Shown: piece after piece, positions 52,732-60,785 of the stretch
Layout: every line of letters starts with the position of its first letter
Position numbering within the stretch: the stretch's first letter is position 1
From: Bacteroidaceae bacterium
GTDB lineage: Bacteria; Bacteroidota; Bacteroidia; Bacteroidales; Bacteroidaceae
Length of the DNA stretch: 64,000 nucleotides
Direction: 5' to 3'
Assembly: GCA_045659645.1 (NCBI GenBank)
Contig: JAZRCG010000010.1
Coordinates: 57,391-121,390 of the forward strand
Translations under genes and position numbers: made by a program
The notes under the pieces: model-generated
Seen by the model: the letters and a program-made list of their open reading frames with translations, nothing else
Told to the model about the DNA's origin: nothing
Database searches by the model: none

Positions 52732-53847
52732 TCAAATATTGTCCGTTATGGAGCGGAACAGTCTGTAGTCTACTTTTGACAAGGATCTGCCTGCGCATTT
52801 CAGTAGAAGCGGAAGGCTGGTGTCGCTGCTATTGTCATTTACATATCCCGCAAAATATTTATGAAATATATCGCAGTGAATGGCGAAAAGTGCCTGCATG
52901 GCTTGCTCGTTTTTAAGAGTATGGAAATGCGAGGCTGTGGAAAGTATGTCCTGCAGGTAGAAGCGAAGAAGCATAGGTTTTGCCTTGTGCCCAAGTGAGA
53001 AGTAGTCGGAAAGAACACGGCGGCTTGCCCATAGAGAGTCCACGACACGCGCGTTGCCTTGGAAGGAATGCATGATGGAATTGGGGGTTGGCCGGTAGTA
53101 GTAGTGTGTGCCTGGAACATGAACAATCCTGTGGCTGAGAGGGTAGAGATAAAAAACATTCAGAGTATCCTCGAACCAATATCCCGGTGGGAAGTGGACG
53201 TTGCGGAATAGTTCCGAACGGTACACCTTGCCCCAGGCGAAACCATGTGCAGCACCATTATCGTAGTTGCCTTCGGAAATATCTGCCCCAGAGAGGGTAG
53301 CAACTTTCATAAGTGATTGGATGGCCCCAGGCATAAGTGCATCGTCGCTGTCAACAAACATTATGTATTTGCCCCGTATGTTTTTGAGGGCACTGTTTCT
53401 GGCACCGGACGGTCCTTGGTTGACCTGATGTATGATTTCTGTGGTAGAGTAGTGTGGACTCCCTTGTAAGGACGAATGATATTCTTCAAGTAGGGCAGGA
53501 CTGTTGTCTGTACTTCCGTCATTCACAATGGAAACGAAGAAAGAAAACTCAGTCTCTTGCTGAAAAATGGAGTCAAGGCATTGCTTTATGTATAGTGCGG
53601 TATTGTAGACGGGTACAATGATGTGAAGATCGTAAACAGCTTCTATGCTGTTATTGCACAAGCAGGTCTGACCTTTGTCTGGGTATATGGCAGAAAGCAT
53701 TTCTTCGGCTTCTATTGCTGTTATGTGCAGATGTTTTGGGAAGCGTGTGCAGTAGGCTGCATACCGCAGTGGCATGAGGAATAGACTGATGATATGCCAA
53801 ATATTCCGGATGAATTTCTTTATATGCTTCATGGCAAATGTGGGCAT
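52732..53847 (-). CDS. Glycosyltransferase family 2
   Basis: 371 aa. IIVPVYNTALYIKQCLDSI...IVNDGSTDNS...FVDSDD is the GT-A DxD pattern. Confidence 0.8.
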   Translation of the reverse strand: MPTFAMKHIKKFIRNIWHIISLFLMPLRYAAYCTRFPKHLHITAIEAEEMLSAIYPDKGQTCLCNNSIEAVYDLHIIVPVYNTALYIKQCLDSIFQQETEFSFFVSIVNDGSTDNSPALLEEYHSSLQGSPHYSTTEIIHQVNQGPSGARNSALKNIRGKYIMFVDSDDALMPGAIQSLMKVATLSGADISEGNYDNGAAHGFAWGKVYRSELFRNVHFPPGYWFEDTLNVFYLYPLSHRIVHVPGTHYYYRPTPNSIMHSFQGNARVVDSLWASRRVLSDYFSLGHKAKPMLLRFYLQDILSTASHFHTLKNEQAMQALFAIHCDIFHKYFAGYVNDNSSDTSLPLLLKCAGRSLSKVDYRLFRSITDNI

Positions 53848-54857
53848 TACTCCATAGTGTGACTGTCTTTTTTGATTAACCGCCTAAGCATAAAGTAGAC
53901 CTCTTCCTGTAATCTGAACAGATACCATGAAGGCATTTTCCAGTAGCCAGGTCGCCATTGCGTTGAAGGTGATAGCAGAGTGGTGTCTATCTGTTGCCTC
54001 ATATATTTAATAAGGTATAGGGCTTCCTGTTGCTCTTTTTGAGAAAAACGGTGGCGGTAGCAGTGGTAGTAATAGTAGGAGCTGATTATGCTTCCCCAGA
54101 AAGCAGTTTCATTCATTCTGAGAACCTCATTGCTATAGCCATGTTTCCTGAGCTGTCGTTTCATGTTGATATACCGGATATTGCCACGAATGTTGTTAAG
54201 GCTGACCTTGTGTGAAAGCGATGTGTCCAGCAACCTATGGTAATATGTGCCCTGACAGCTTGCCACCAATGGCGAGGCAAGAAATTGCAACTGTGCGGTA
54301 TTGTCTTCGCCGTACACCCGTTCGCAATTGTCAAAAGGATACTGCACCTGCAGTTCTCTAGTGACAATCATCCTGCCGGTAATTCCTGTCCAGCCAATAC
54401 TTCTGCGATATGCCTCTTCACCGCTGATAAGGCCAAAGGAGTTCTTTTCCTTGTGTTCAAGAAGAGTACCGTCAGGCAGAACTCTAACTTCTCTAAAGCA
54501 GATACATTGTATCCCCTTGTGTTTGCGGAACGTGTCCACGGCACAGGCTAAAGCATTTGAACTTAAAAAATCGTCGTGGTCCAGTGTGGTTATATATTGG
54601 CCCGACGATATGGCTACTCCGGCATTTCGTGCCAATTGTGCTCCGCCATTCTCGTCTCTCCATACCAGGTGTATGCGCTTGTCCATGTTGGCGTATTCTC
54701 GTAAAATGTCGGCAGTACCATCGGTAGAAACATCATCTACGAGAATCAGTTCCAAATCGGTCATGCTCTGTCTGAGTACCGATTCTATGCACTGCCGTAT
54801 ATGTTCCTTCATGTTGTATACGGCAACGATGACACTAACCAATGGATTATGCTTCAT
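53847..54857 (-). CDS. Glycosyltransferase family 2
   Basis: 336 aa. VSVIVAVYNMKEHIRQCIESV...LVDDVSTDGT...TLDHDD. Confidence 0.85.
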   Translation of the reverse strand: MKHNPLVSVIVAVYNMKEHIRQCIESVLRQSMTDLELILVDDVSTDGTADILREYANMDKRIHLVWRDENGGAQLARNAGVAISSGQYITTLDHDDFLSSNALACAVDTFRKHKGIQCICFREVRVLPDGTLLEHKEKNSFGLISGEEAYRRSIGWTGITGRMIVTRELQVQYPFDNCERVYGEDNTAQLQFLASPLVASCQGTYYHRLLDTSLSHKVSLNNIRGNIRYINMKRQLRKHGYSNEVLRMNETAFWGSIISSYYYYHCYRHRFSQKEQQEALYLIKYMRQQIDTTLLSPSTQWRPGYWKMPSWYLFRLQEEVYFMLRRLIKKDSHTME

Positions 54858-56295
54858 CCTTTATGCCTTGACTGAGTGTCCTGTAGCTATATATTGCCGA
54901 CAATATGGTGAGGGGAATGCCTATGCCGAGTCGTAAGACGAGGTTGTTGTTCATGCACAGGACAATTATGGCAAGCACCATGCATGAGCCTATGATGATG
55001 TTACCCCAGTTTTTACCAGAGACGTTAATGTAGTAGAAGTATTTGTTTACGATGGCCAGTATTATGGTGTTGGCAATACCTACTGCAGATAGTGCCATTC
55101 CTATACCGTTGAGCCCGAATGATTTGTACATTGCATATACAAGAGCAATCGTAAGTGTATTATATATTGCTTCCAAAATCATGAACATCCATGAATGTCC
55201 GTGTGCGAGGGAGACGTATTCCAATGGAAGTGCAACAGAGCGGTGCAGTTGGAACAGTCCGGCCATTACACATATTCCTGCCATGGGAAGAAACTCGTCG
55301 GTGTAGAGTATAATGATAATAACCGGCATGCACAGAAGGAAGAGCATGACCAGTGGTGTAGTCAGAGTGAAACTGACATGAATCTGCTTGTTTACGGTCT
55401 CGGACTTTTTTTCTATGTCGTGGCACACACTTGTCAGACGTGGGAAATAGTCGGTGGCATTGGAACTGAAGACGATGCCAATATAATACATAACCAGTGC
55501 ATATCCGGTTCGATACAGGCCTATTTCACTCTCGTCTGCTATTATCTTATATAGAATGGTTGTGGTTATGGCTCCCATAATGGCTGTTATTGCATATGGT
55601 ATGCCGAACTTGAGCAGAGGAATTCCTTTTCTCCATATTTCCTTAGATATGAAATCTATACGGTATGGTATAACCTGTGAGCAGAAGTAGAGGTGAGTTG
55701 TGGCACTAATAGCGATGCAGATGTTCAGTGCCGGTATTATGCCATTGAAGCCGAGCAAGTAGTATATGCACAACACGCTGATAACGGCAGCAATGGCAGT
55801 TATCAGTTCCACGATTGCCACACGCTTCAGTTTATGTGTACCTTTCAGAATTGCACATTCGCCAACGGAAATAGGAGTGAGGAATGCTGCTGGCATCAGT
55901 AAAAGAACATCCAGATGATGCACAGGGTCGGCAAAAAAAACAGGTGATAACAATGTGGCGAAAACAAAGCAGATGAGGGCAGCCAGCAAGGCTGCTGTCA
56001 TGGACCATGTGCGAATAACCTTTGCCATGAGATGGGCCTCCTGCTGCTGTGTCTCAGTGTCAATGCCGCTCATTTGTTGTATGCTGGCGGTTTCCAGACC
56101 AATGTTCGTGCAGGAACTGATAACATCCAGAATATTCTGGTAGATGGCAATAAGTCCCATGCCAAACGGCCCGAGAAAGGAAGCCGTAATCTTGCTTCTT
56201 GACAGATTAGCCAATATCTTTAGTGCTTCTACGCAGCCAAAGATGCCAATGTATTTGAGTATATGGTGGATAGATGTATATTCTCTGTTTTTCAT
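54847..56295 (-). CDS. Oligosaccharide flippase (Wzx-like, MOP/PST superfamily)
   Basis: 482 aa with about 12-14 TM helices and a typical PST N-terminus (…ALKILANLSRSKITASFLGPFGMGLIAIYQN…). It overlaps the downstream GT2 gene by 11 nt. Confidence 0.8.
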   Translation of the reverse strand: MKNREYTSIHHILKYIGIFGCVEALKILANLSRSKITASFLGPFGMGLIAIYQNILDVISSCTNIGLETASIQQMSGIDTETQQQEAHLMAKVIRTWSMTAALLAALICFVFATLLSPVFFADPVHHLDVLLLMPAAFLTPISVGECAILKGTHKLKRVAIVELITAIAAVISVLCIYYLLGFNGIIPALNICIAISATTHLYFCSQVIPYRIDFISKEIWRKGIPLLKFGIPYAITAIMGAITTTILYKIIADESEIGLYRTGYALVMYYIGIVFSSNATDYFPRLTSVCHDIEKKSETVNKQIHVSFTLTTPLVMLFLLCMPVIIIILYTDEFLPMAGICVMAGLFQLHRSVALPLEYVSLAHGHSWMFMILEAIYNTLTIALVYAMYKSFGLNGIGMALSAVGIANTIILAIVNKYFYYINVSGKNWGNIIIGSCMVLAIIVLCMNNNLVLRLGIGIPLTILSAIYSYRTLSQGIKDEA

Positions 56296-56331
56296 CTGTA
56301 TGTCTGGGTCAGGAACGGGCTGAGCATAGGA

Positions 56332-57558
56332 TTAGAAACGAGTGTTAACCCTCGTGTATCCCACAATCCTGTCGTACCTGCCTCCGATTTCCTTATAATA
56401 AATGAATGCCTGGTATTCGTTTTCTGTTTGCCAGAAATCTCCCATTGTGAGCATTGTAGCCCCGTCTTCGGTAATGTACTGGTAATCGTAGTAACCTTGT
56501 TTCATCAGAACTGATGCTTCATAAAGTTCGTACTCATCGTTGTACTGCATTTGATACTCTTCGTTGAATTCTCCGTTGCTCCAGAGGCCATTGACATAGA
56601 CCTTCTGTTGTAGGCGTGGTGATTGAAGGGTGAAATGCACGATGACGTATTCCGATTGTGTGTCGTTGTTTTCCTGATCGTCTGTTCTTGGAAAGAAAGA
56701 ACCATTGCGATCCTCAGTGGTAGTGTAGGTGAGAGGGACTTTATCTTCCCACAATATGGCATGGTGGAATGGTTCGAACCATCTCATTCGGTCTACATTC
56801 ATTCCTGACAGGTTTACATCCAGTATTTCAAACTTATAGTATTCATTGCCGGCAGGGAATATAAGTTTGCTGCAATGCTTCCATTCCAATCCATTGGATT
56901 TGTTTATGTCTGGACGTATTCCTGTTACGGTTCGGGAGGGGCGACGGTTCTGTGTCACTACGGCGCTTATCTGAGTGTATGGGTCGCTGACCCTTATTGC
57001 ACCATAGTTTAGGTTCAGTGCGACTTGTTGATGGGAGTTGTTGAAGTCAATGTCGGTGTTTGAGGATACCTGCATGGAAAGTCCCATAGCTTCCTCTACA
57101 ACATGGAAGCGAACTTCTATCACAGGTCCGTCGTCCATGTTGTCTTCTTCAAAGACAAGTAATTTGTAGTTTCCGCTAACCAAGACATTTGTGTCCCTGT
57201 TTGGGAAGGTCATGGCATAGTGAGTGTAGATCTGTGTGGTGTTGAAACTGTACTCGTAATCCTCTATAGGGCAATCGTTGTTGCCGTGCAGAAAGTCGCT
57301 CTCAAACAGCTCTGTCGTTTCCTCCCATTCTTGATTGCAATGCTGGATGCGATAGATATACCGGTGGTATTCGTGAGACATCTCGTCCCAGGAAATGTTT
57401 AGGTATGATGATTTGCCCAGACTGAGTATAGGGGGAAGGAGCGGGTTGTCATTGAGTGTGACTTGAAGGGTATGTATGTTCTTGTCAAAAACCTGATGCT
57501 GACCATATGTAAGGTTGGTCAGCATACAAGCCATCATGATAGGGAACATACGTTTCAT
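56332..57558 (-). CDS. DUF5103-like secreted beta-rich protein (family reported as the T9SS 'plug' protein)
   Basis: 408 aa with a signal peptide. The pattern NIHTLQV...NDNPLLPPILSLG...L.ISWDEMSHEYHRYIYRIQHCN..W matches my recollection of DUF5103. The family assignment has not been verified. Confidence 0.5.
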   Translation of the reverse strand: MKRMFPIMMACMLTNLTYGQHQVFDKNIHTLQVTLNDNPLLPPILSLGKSSYLNISWDEMSHEYHRYIYRIQHCNQEWEETTELFESDFLHGNNDCPIEDYEYSFNTTQIYTHYAMTFPNRDTNVLVSGNYKLLVFEEDNMDDGPVIEVRFHVVEEAMGLSMQVSSNTDIDFNNSHQQVALNLNYGAIRVSDPYTQISAVVTQNRRPSRTVTGIRPDINKSNGLEWKHCSKLIFPAGNEYYKFEILDVNLSGMNVDRMRWFEPFHHAILWEDKVPLTYTTTEDRNGSFFPRTDDQENNDTQSEYVIVHFTLQSPRLQQKVYVNGLWSNGEFNEEYQMQYNDEYELYEASVLMKQGYYDYQYITEDGATMLTMGDFWQTENEYQAFIYYKEIGGRYDRIVGYTRVNTRF

Positions 57559-57565
57559 AGTGTCG

Positions 57566-58234
57566 CTACTCGCCTTTTACGATGGGTAGATGCCAATGGA
57601 ATTTCACGGCAAAGCATCTTACTGCTATAACCACTATGCTTGAGAACAGTGCACTGATGTTGGGATTGAATTCCAGGAGGTGCAGTGCGGAATATACGAT
57701 GCCGCCTGCTACACATGCCAAGGCATAGATTTCCTTGCGGAAGATCAGAGGGACTTCGTTGATGAGTACGTCACGGATTACACCGCCGGCAGCACCGGTA
57801 ACGGAGCCCATAGTTATGGCCGTCCACATTGGAAATCCCATCTGCAGTGTCTTTTCTATGCCTACGACGTTGAAGAGAGCCAACCCCACGGTGTCAAAGA
57901 TGAACCATGTGTTCTTTTGTTTTACCAGGTATTTGGCAAAGATGTGTACGAACAGAACGGCCAGTGCGCACCAGATGAAATAAATCTCGTTTGTCATCCA
58001 GAATGGATTGACACCCAACATGACATCACGGAATGTACCGCCTCCGATGGCTGTGGCCATACCCACAATCCATGCTCCGAATATGTCAAATTGCTTGGCA
58101 CTGGCCAGGCGTATGCCGGAGAGGGCAAAGGCGAATGTTCCAATGAACTCTATGAAAAGGAATGAGGTTGGAATGCGCAGGGTTTGTGCCAGCAGATTTA
58201 TCCATTCTGCGGCGTCTTGCCATAGTTGTTCCAT
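57566..58234 (-). CDS. Trimeric intracellular cation channel-like membrane protein (UPF0126/YadS family)
   Basis: 222 aa with two UPF0126 repeats (FIGTFAFALSGIRLA...GGGTFRDV and ...VTGAAGGVIRDV). Confidence 0.8.
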   Translation of the reverse strand: MEQLWQDAAEWINLLAQTLRIPTSFLFIEFIGTFAFALSGIRLASAKQFDIFGAWIVGMATAIGGGTFRDVMLGVNPFWMTNEIYFIWCALAVLFVHIFAKYLVKQKNTWFIFDTVGLALFNVVGIEKTLQMGFPMWTAITMGSVTGAAGGVIRDVLINEVPLIFRKEIYALACVAGGIVYSALHLLEFNPNISALFSSIVVIAVRCFAVKFHWHLPIVKGE

Positions 58235-58270
58235 AATAAGGGGATGCTGTGCTTGTGTGTTGTGATATTA

Positions 58271-58537
58271 TTATTCTGCCAACCCTATTTCTGTCCATTC
58301 AGCCATGATGCGTGCCGCATCGGTGCGTGCAGTGCTTTCCTCCACGTCGTAATTCTCTAACAGGATGGCAGCGAGTGTGTCTGAATCAAATTCCTTGCCA
58401 ACGACAGCTTTCCACATTGTGGCTGCCGATTCGTTCAGGTTGATTACTTTTGAGAAGTCGATATTCTTGTCGCCATGTGCTACGACTATGTGTTCTCCGC
58501 ATACTTCTCGCAGTTCAAAGCCTTCTTTGATTTTCAT
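58271..58537 (-). CDS. PqqD-family (RiPP-recognition-element-like) small protein
   Basis: 88 aa from MKIKEGFELREVCGEHIVV...VINLNESAATMWKAV...LAAILLENYDV....A..D...... The size and the beta-strand/winged-helix pattern are typical of PqqD-like proteins. The upstream 41 codons of the track ORF are discounted. Confidence 0.6.
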   Translation of the reverse strand: MKIKEGFELREVCGEHIVVAHGDKNIDFSKVINLNESAATMWKAVVGKEFDSDTLAAILLENYDVEESTARTDAARIMAEWTEIGLAE

Positions 58538-58562
58538 TGTTGTGTGTGTGTTATATGTTGTA

Positions 58563-59015
58563 TTATATGATTGCTCTGTATATGAATAGCAGGTATCTTC
58601 TAATGGGCAGCAGTTTGTTCCATCGTCTGATGTTCCTGACGAGGTTGGGGTCTGTGGCATGGATGGTTCTGCCTGGCCGGATGTATTGTGTCACCTTGCC
58701 ACAGAGGTCTTTTCTTTGGCATTGTTCGGTGCCTTGGACGTTGCCATCGCCCATCAGGGTTATTGTGTCCAGTTCTGTGTTGCTGGGATGTGGCGTAATG
58801 TCTATTATTCTGTGCAGGACATATTTCCCTGGTGCTATTTCTGCCAATACGGCATCGTATTCTGATGCTCCCACGGGGGTGTCAAGCAGTACTCTGTCTC
58901 GCTGGTGTTCCAGAAATGGCCGCATGCTCCATCCTTTAACCACGATGGTTGCCGTGTGTCCCTCTTTTATGGCATTCCTTACGGCTCCCAGTAGTATGTG
59001 GTTAGGGAGTTCCAT
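58563..59015 (-). CDS. S24/S26-family peptidase-like protein
   Basis: 150 aa from MELPNHILL; alternative starts at 59123 or 59177 would overlap the upstream gene. The Ser motif is KGWSMRPFL. The position normally holding the general-base Lys appears to read VLHRI (His). Confidence 0.55.
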   Translation of the reverse strand: MELPNHILLGAVRNAIKEGHTATIVVKGWSMRPFLEHQRDRVLLDTPVGASEYDAVLAEIAPGKYVLHRIIDITPHPSNTELDTITLMGDGNVQGTEQCQRKDLCGKVTQYIRPGRTIHATDPNLVRNIRRWNKLLPIRRYLLFIYRAII

Positions 59016-59091
59016 GCGTGGCGCTTTGGTTTCTTGTCCGTTTCGGTTTACATAGAGATTGTGTAAGGGATGCAGGATGAACCGCAGCGCT

Positions 59092-59973
59092 TTAAGTATG
59101 AATTTCTTTGCTGATTGTGTCATGGCATAGTATTGCCGCTTCGCTGTTGGGTAGGCATCCAAGTTCCCAGATGCCACATGTCTGTATGAATTTGGTTATG
59201 CTGTCGCATATGCCGTTGTATATCCTTGCGTCCCATTTCATGTTGCTGCATGCGGGCAGTAGCATGACAAATGCTTCCAGAGGTTTGAGCCTGCGTATGG
59301 TGTTCTCTGGGCTTTGCTGTATTCTGACTATTCCTCCGATTGGCGCTTGTATGTTGCGGTAGCATGGTGTCTTTCCGCTCCATGGAGAGCCATAGACGAT
59401 GGGGCTGCCGTCTACGATGCGGATGATGGGGTTGTCATCATTCATCAGGTCGCACCCTGGGATGGTGGTGTACCATAGGTGTGTGTGTGTGCTCTTGCCT
59501 GTGCCACTGGGGGCGGTCATCAGGTAGCCTTTCCCATTGCACCGTATTACGCTGGAGTGTATGAGCACGGTGTCCATGGCAACTGTTGCGAAGGCATAGG
59601 CCATCATCATGCAGTTGTTCAATCCGTAGTGCTGTTGGTTGTGTGTGCCCTCGTGCAGGGTAACGGTGCATTGGCAGAAGTCGGCCGATGTGTGCATTGT
59701 GGCACAGAGGTGTTCGCTGATGTCGTAGATTTTGAACATGTACCCGCCTTCCTTGGTGCGGTACACACCGTGGTTGCTTCCGCCAACGTCGAACTGCCCA
59801 ACTTCCGTGCTGTTTGTTTCTTCTTGTAGATGACTGGTTACCATTACTGTGAGTAGTGGGGGCTGTGAGTTATCGCACAGGAATGGTTCGAAGTTGTGTA
59901 ATAGTGCAGAGTCGGCGTTAATGTCTTGAAAACATATGCTCACTCTATGTCCTGCAATGCTATAGTGTTTCAT
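59092..59973 (-). CDS. HprK-related kinase-like P-loop protein
   Basis: 293 aa from MKHYSIAG. The P-loop LMTAPSGTGKSTHTHLW is followed by NDDNPIIRI.DG, which resembles the C-terminal catalytic half of HPr kinase and HprK-related proteins. The N-terminal half is unrecognised. Confidence 0.5.
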   Translation of the reverse strand: MKHYSIAGHRVSICFQDINADSALLHNFEPFLCDNSQPPLLTVMVTSHLQEETNSTEVGQFDVGGSNHGVYRTKEGGYMFKIYDISEHLCATMHTSADFCQCTVTLHEGTHNQQHYGLNNCMMMAYAFATVAMDTVLIHSSVIRCNGKGYLMTAPSGTGKSTHTHLWYTTIPGCDLMNDDNPIIRIVDGSPIVYGSPWSGKTPCYRNIQAPIGGIVRIQQSPENTIRRLKPLEAFVMLLPACSNMKWDARIYNGICDSITKFIQTCGIWELGCLPNSEAAILCHDTISKEIHT

Positions 59974-60388
59974 GCTCGCTCCATTCTTGTGGTATAAACT
60001 TGAATTCTCCGGCATCCAGACTTTTTAGTCTTGTGGATGGGTCTTTGCTGTGTTTCTTGCGTATATTGACGTACTTTTTCTCCAGCTTGGATTTGTTGGT
60101 ATGGAAAAACACTGCGCATGTGGTGTTGGGTCTGCCTTTGGCATACTCTACCCAGATTTGCAATTGTTGAGAGTATATGCTACGGTCGTAGAGGAAACCG
60201 GTTTTGGTGTCAATGTAGGCTGTATCAAACGTCTGGATGTCGGTCAGATATGTTGTGGAATCGGTTAGGCTGATGCTTATTCCAAAGATGTAGACTTTGC
60301 TTGCTTTTGGTTTTGCTTCTGCCTTTGCTACGCATAGTGTCATCAGAGCTGCAATGGCAAGGATGAGTATGTTGTGTGAGTTCTTCAT
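59960..60388 (-). CDS. Secreted hypothetical protein (142 aa)
   Basis: Start at MKNSHNILILAIAALMTLCVAKA (signal peptide). It overlaps the next gene by 14 nt. I recognise no family. Confidence 0.5.
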   Translation of the reverse strand: MKNSHNILILAIAALMTLCVAKAEAKPKASKVYIFGISISLTDSTTYLTDIQTFDTAYIDTKTGFLYDRSIYSQQLQIWVEYAKGRPNTTCAVFFHTNKSKLEKKYVNIRKKHSKDPSTRLKSLDAGEFKFIPQEWSEHETL

Positions 60389-60410
60389 ATATGTGTGTAA
60401 TAAATCCATG

Positions 60411-60418
60411 CAAAGATA
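60411..60418 (-). promoter_or_regulatory. Bacteroidota -7 box (TATCTTTG)
   Basis: Minus strand reads TTCGTATCTTTGCATGG, 22 nt upstream of the 60388 ATG. It could drive the whole minus-strand gene string down to 52732. Confidence 0.55.
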
Positions 60419-60785
60419 CGAAGAAGCGAGCGAAATATCAAATTTATTTGGATATTTTCGAGTGTGAGTATTCAAGACGGCAATCTATGGCCGTGAACAA
60501 AGTGATACGAGATGAGAAGAAGAAGAACTCCTGATGGTTTGGAAAAGGGTTGCTGCTTTCAAAATCCGGCATTCCAGTACCGGTTTTAAAAACAGTATTT
60601 CGGTACTGGAGTACCTTCGTGATGGTACTGCAGTCCTCTCGTGTCGGTACTGTAGTACTTCCACGAGAGGACTGCCTTGTCATCACGATGTCCTAACTGA
60701 CTGTTTGCAGCTGGTAGTTTTACGAATCTGGTGGGCTGCTGCTTATAAAGGTTTGCCTTGTGGTAAAACTTAATGTTGTGTAAAA

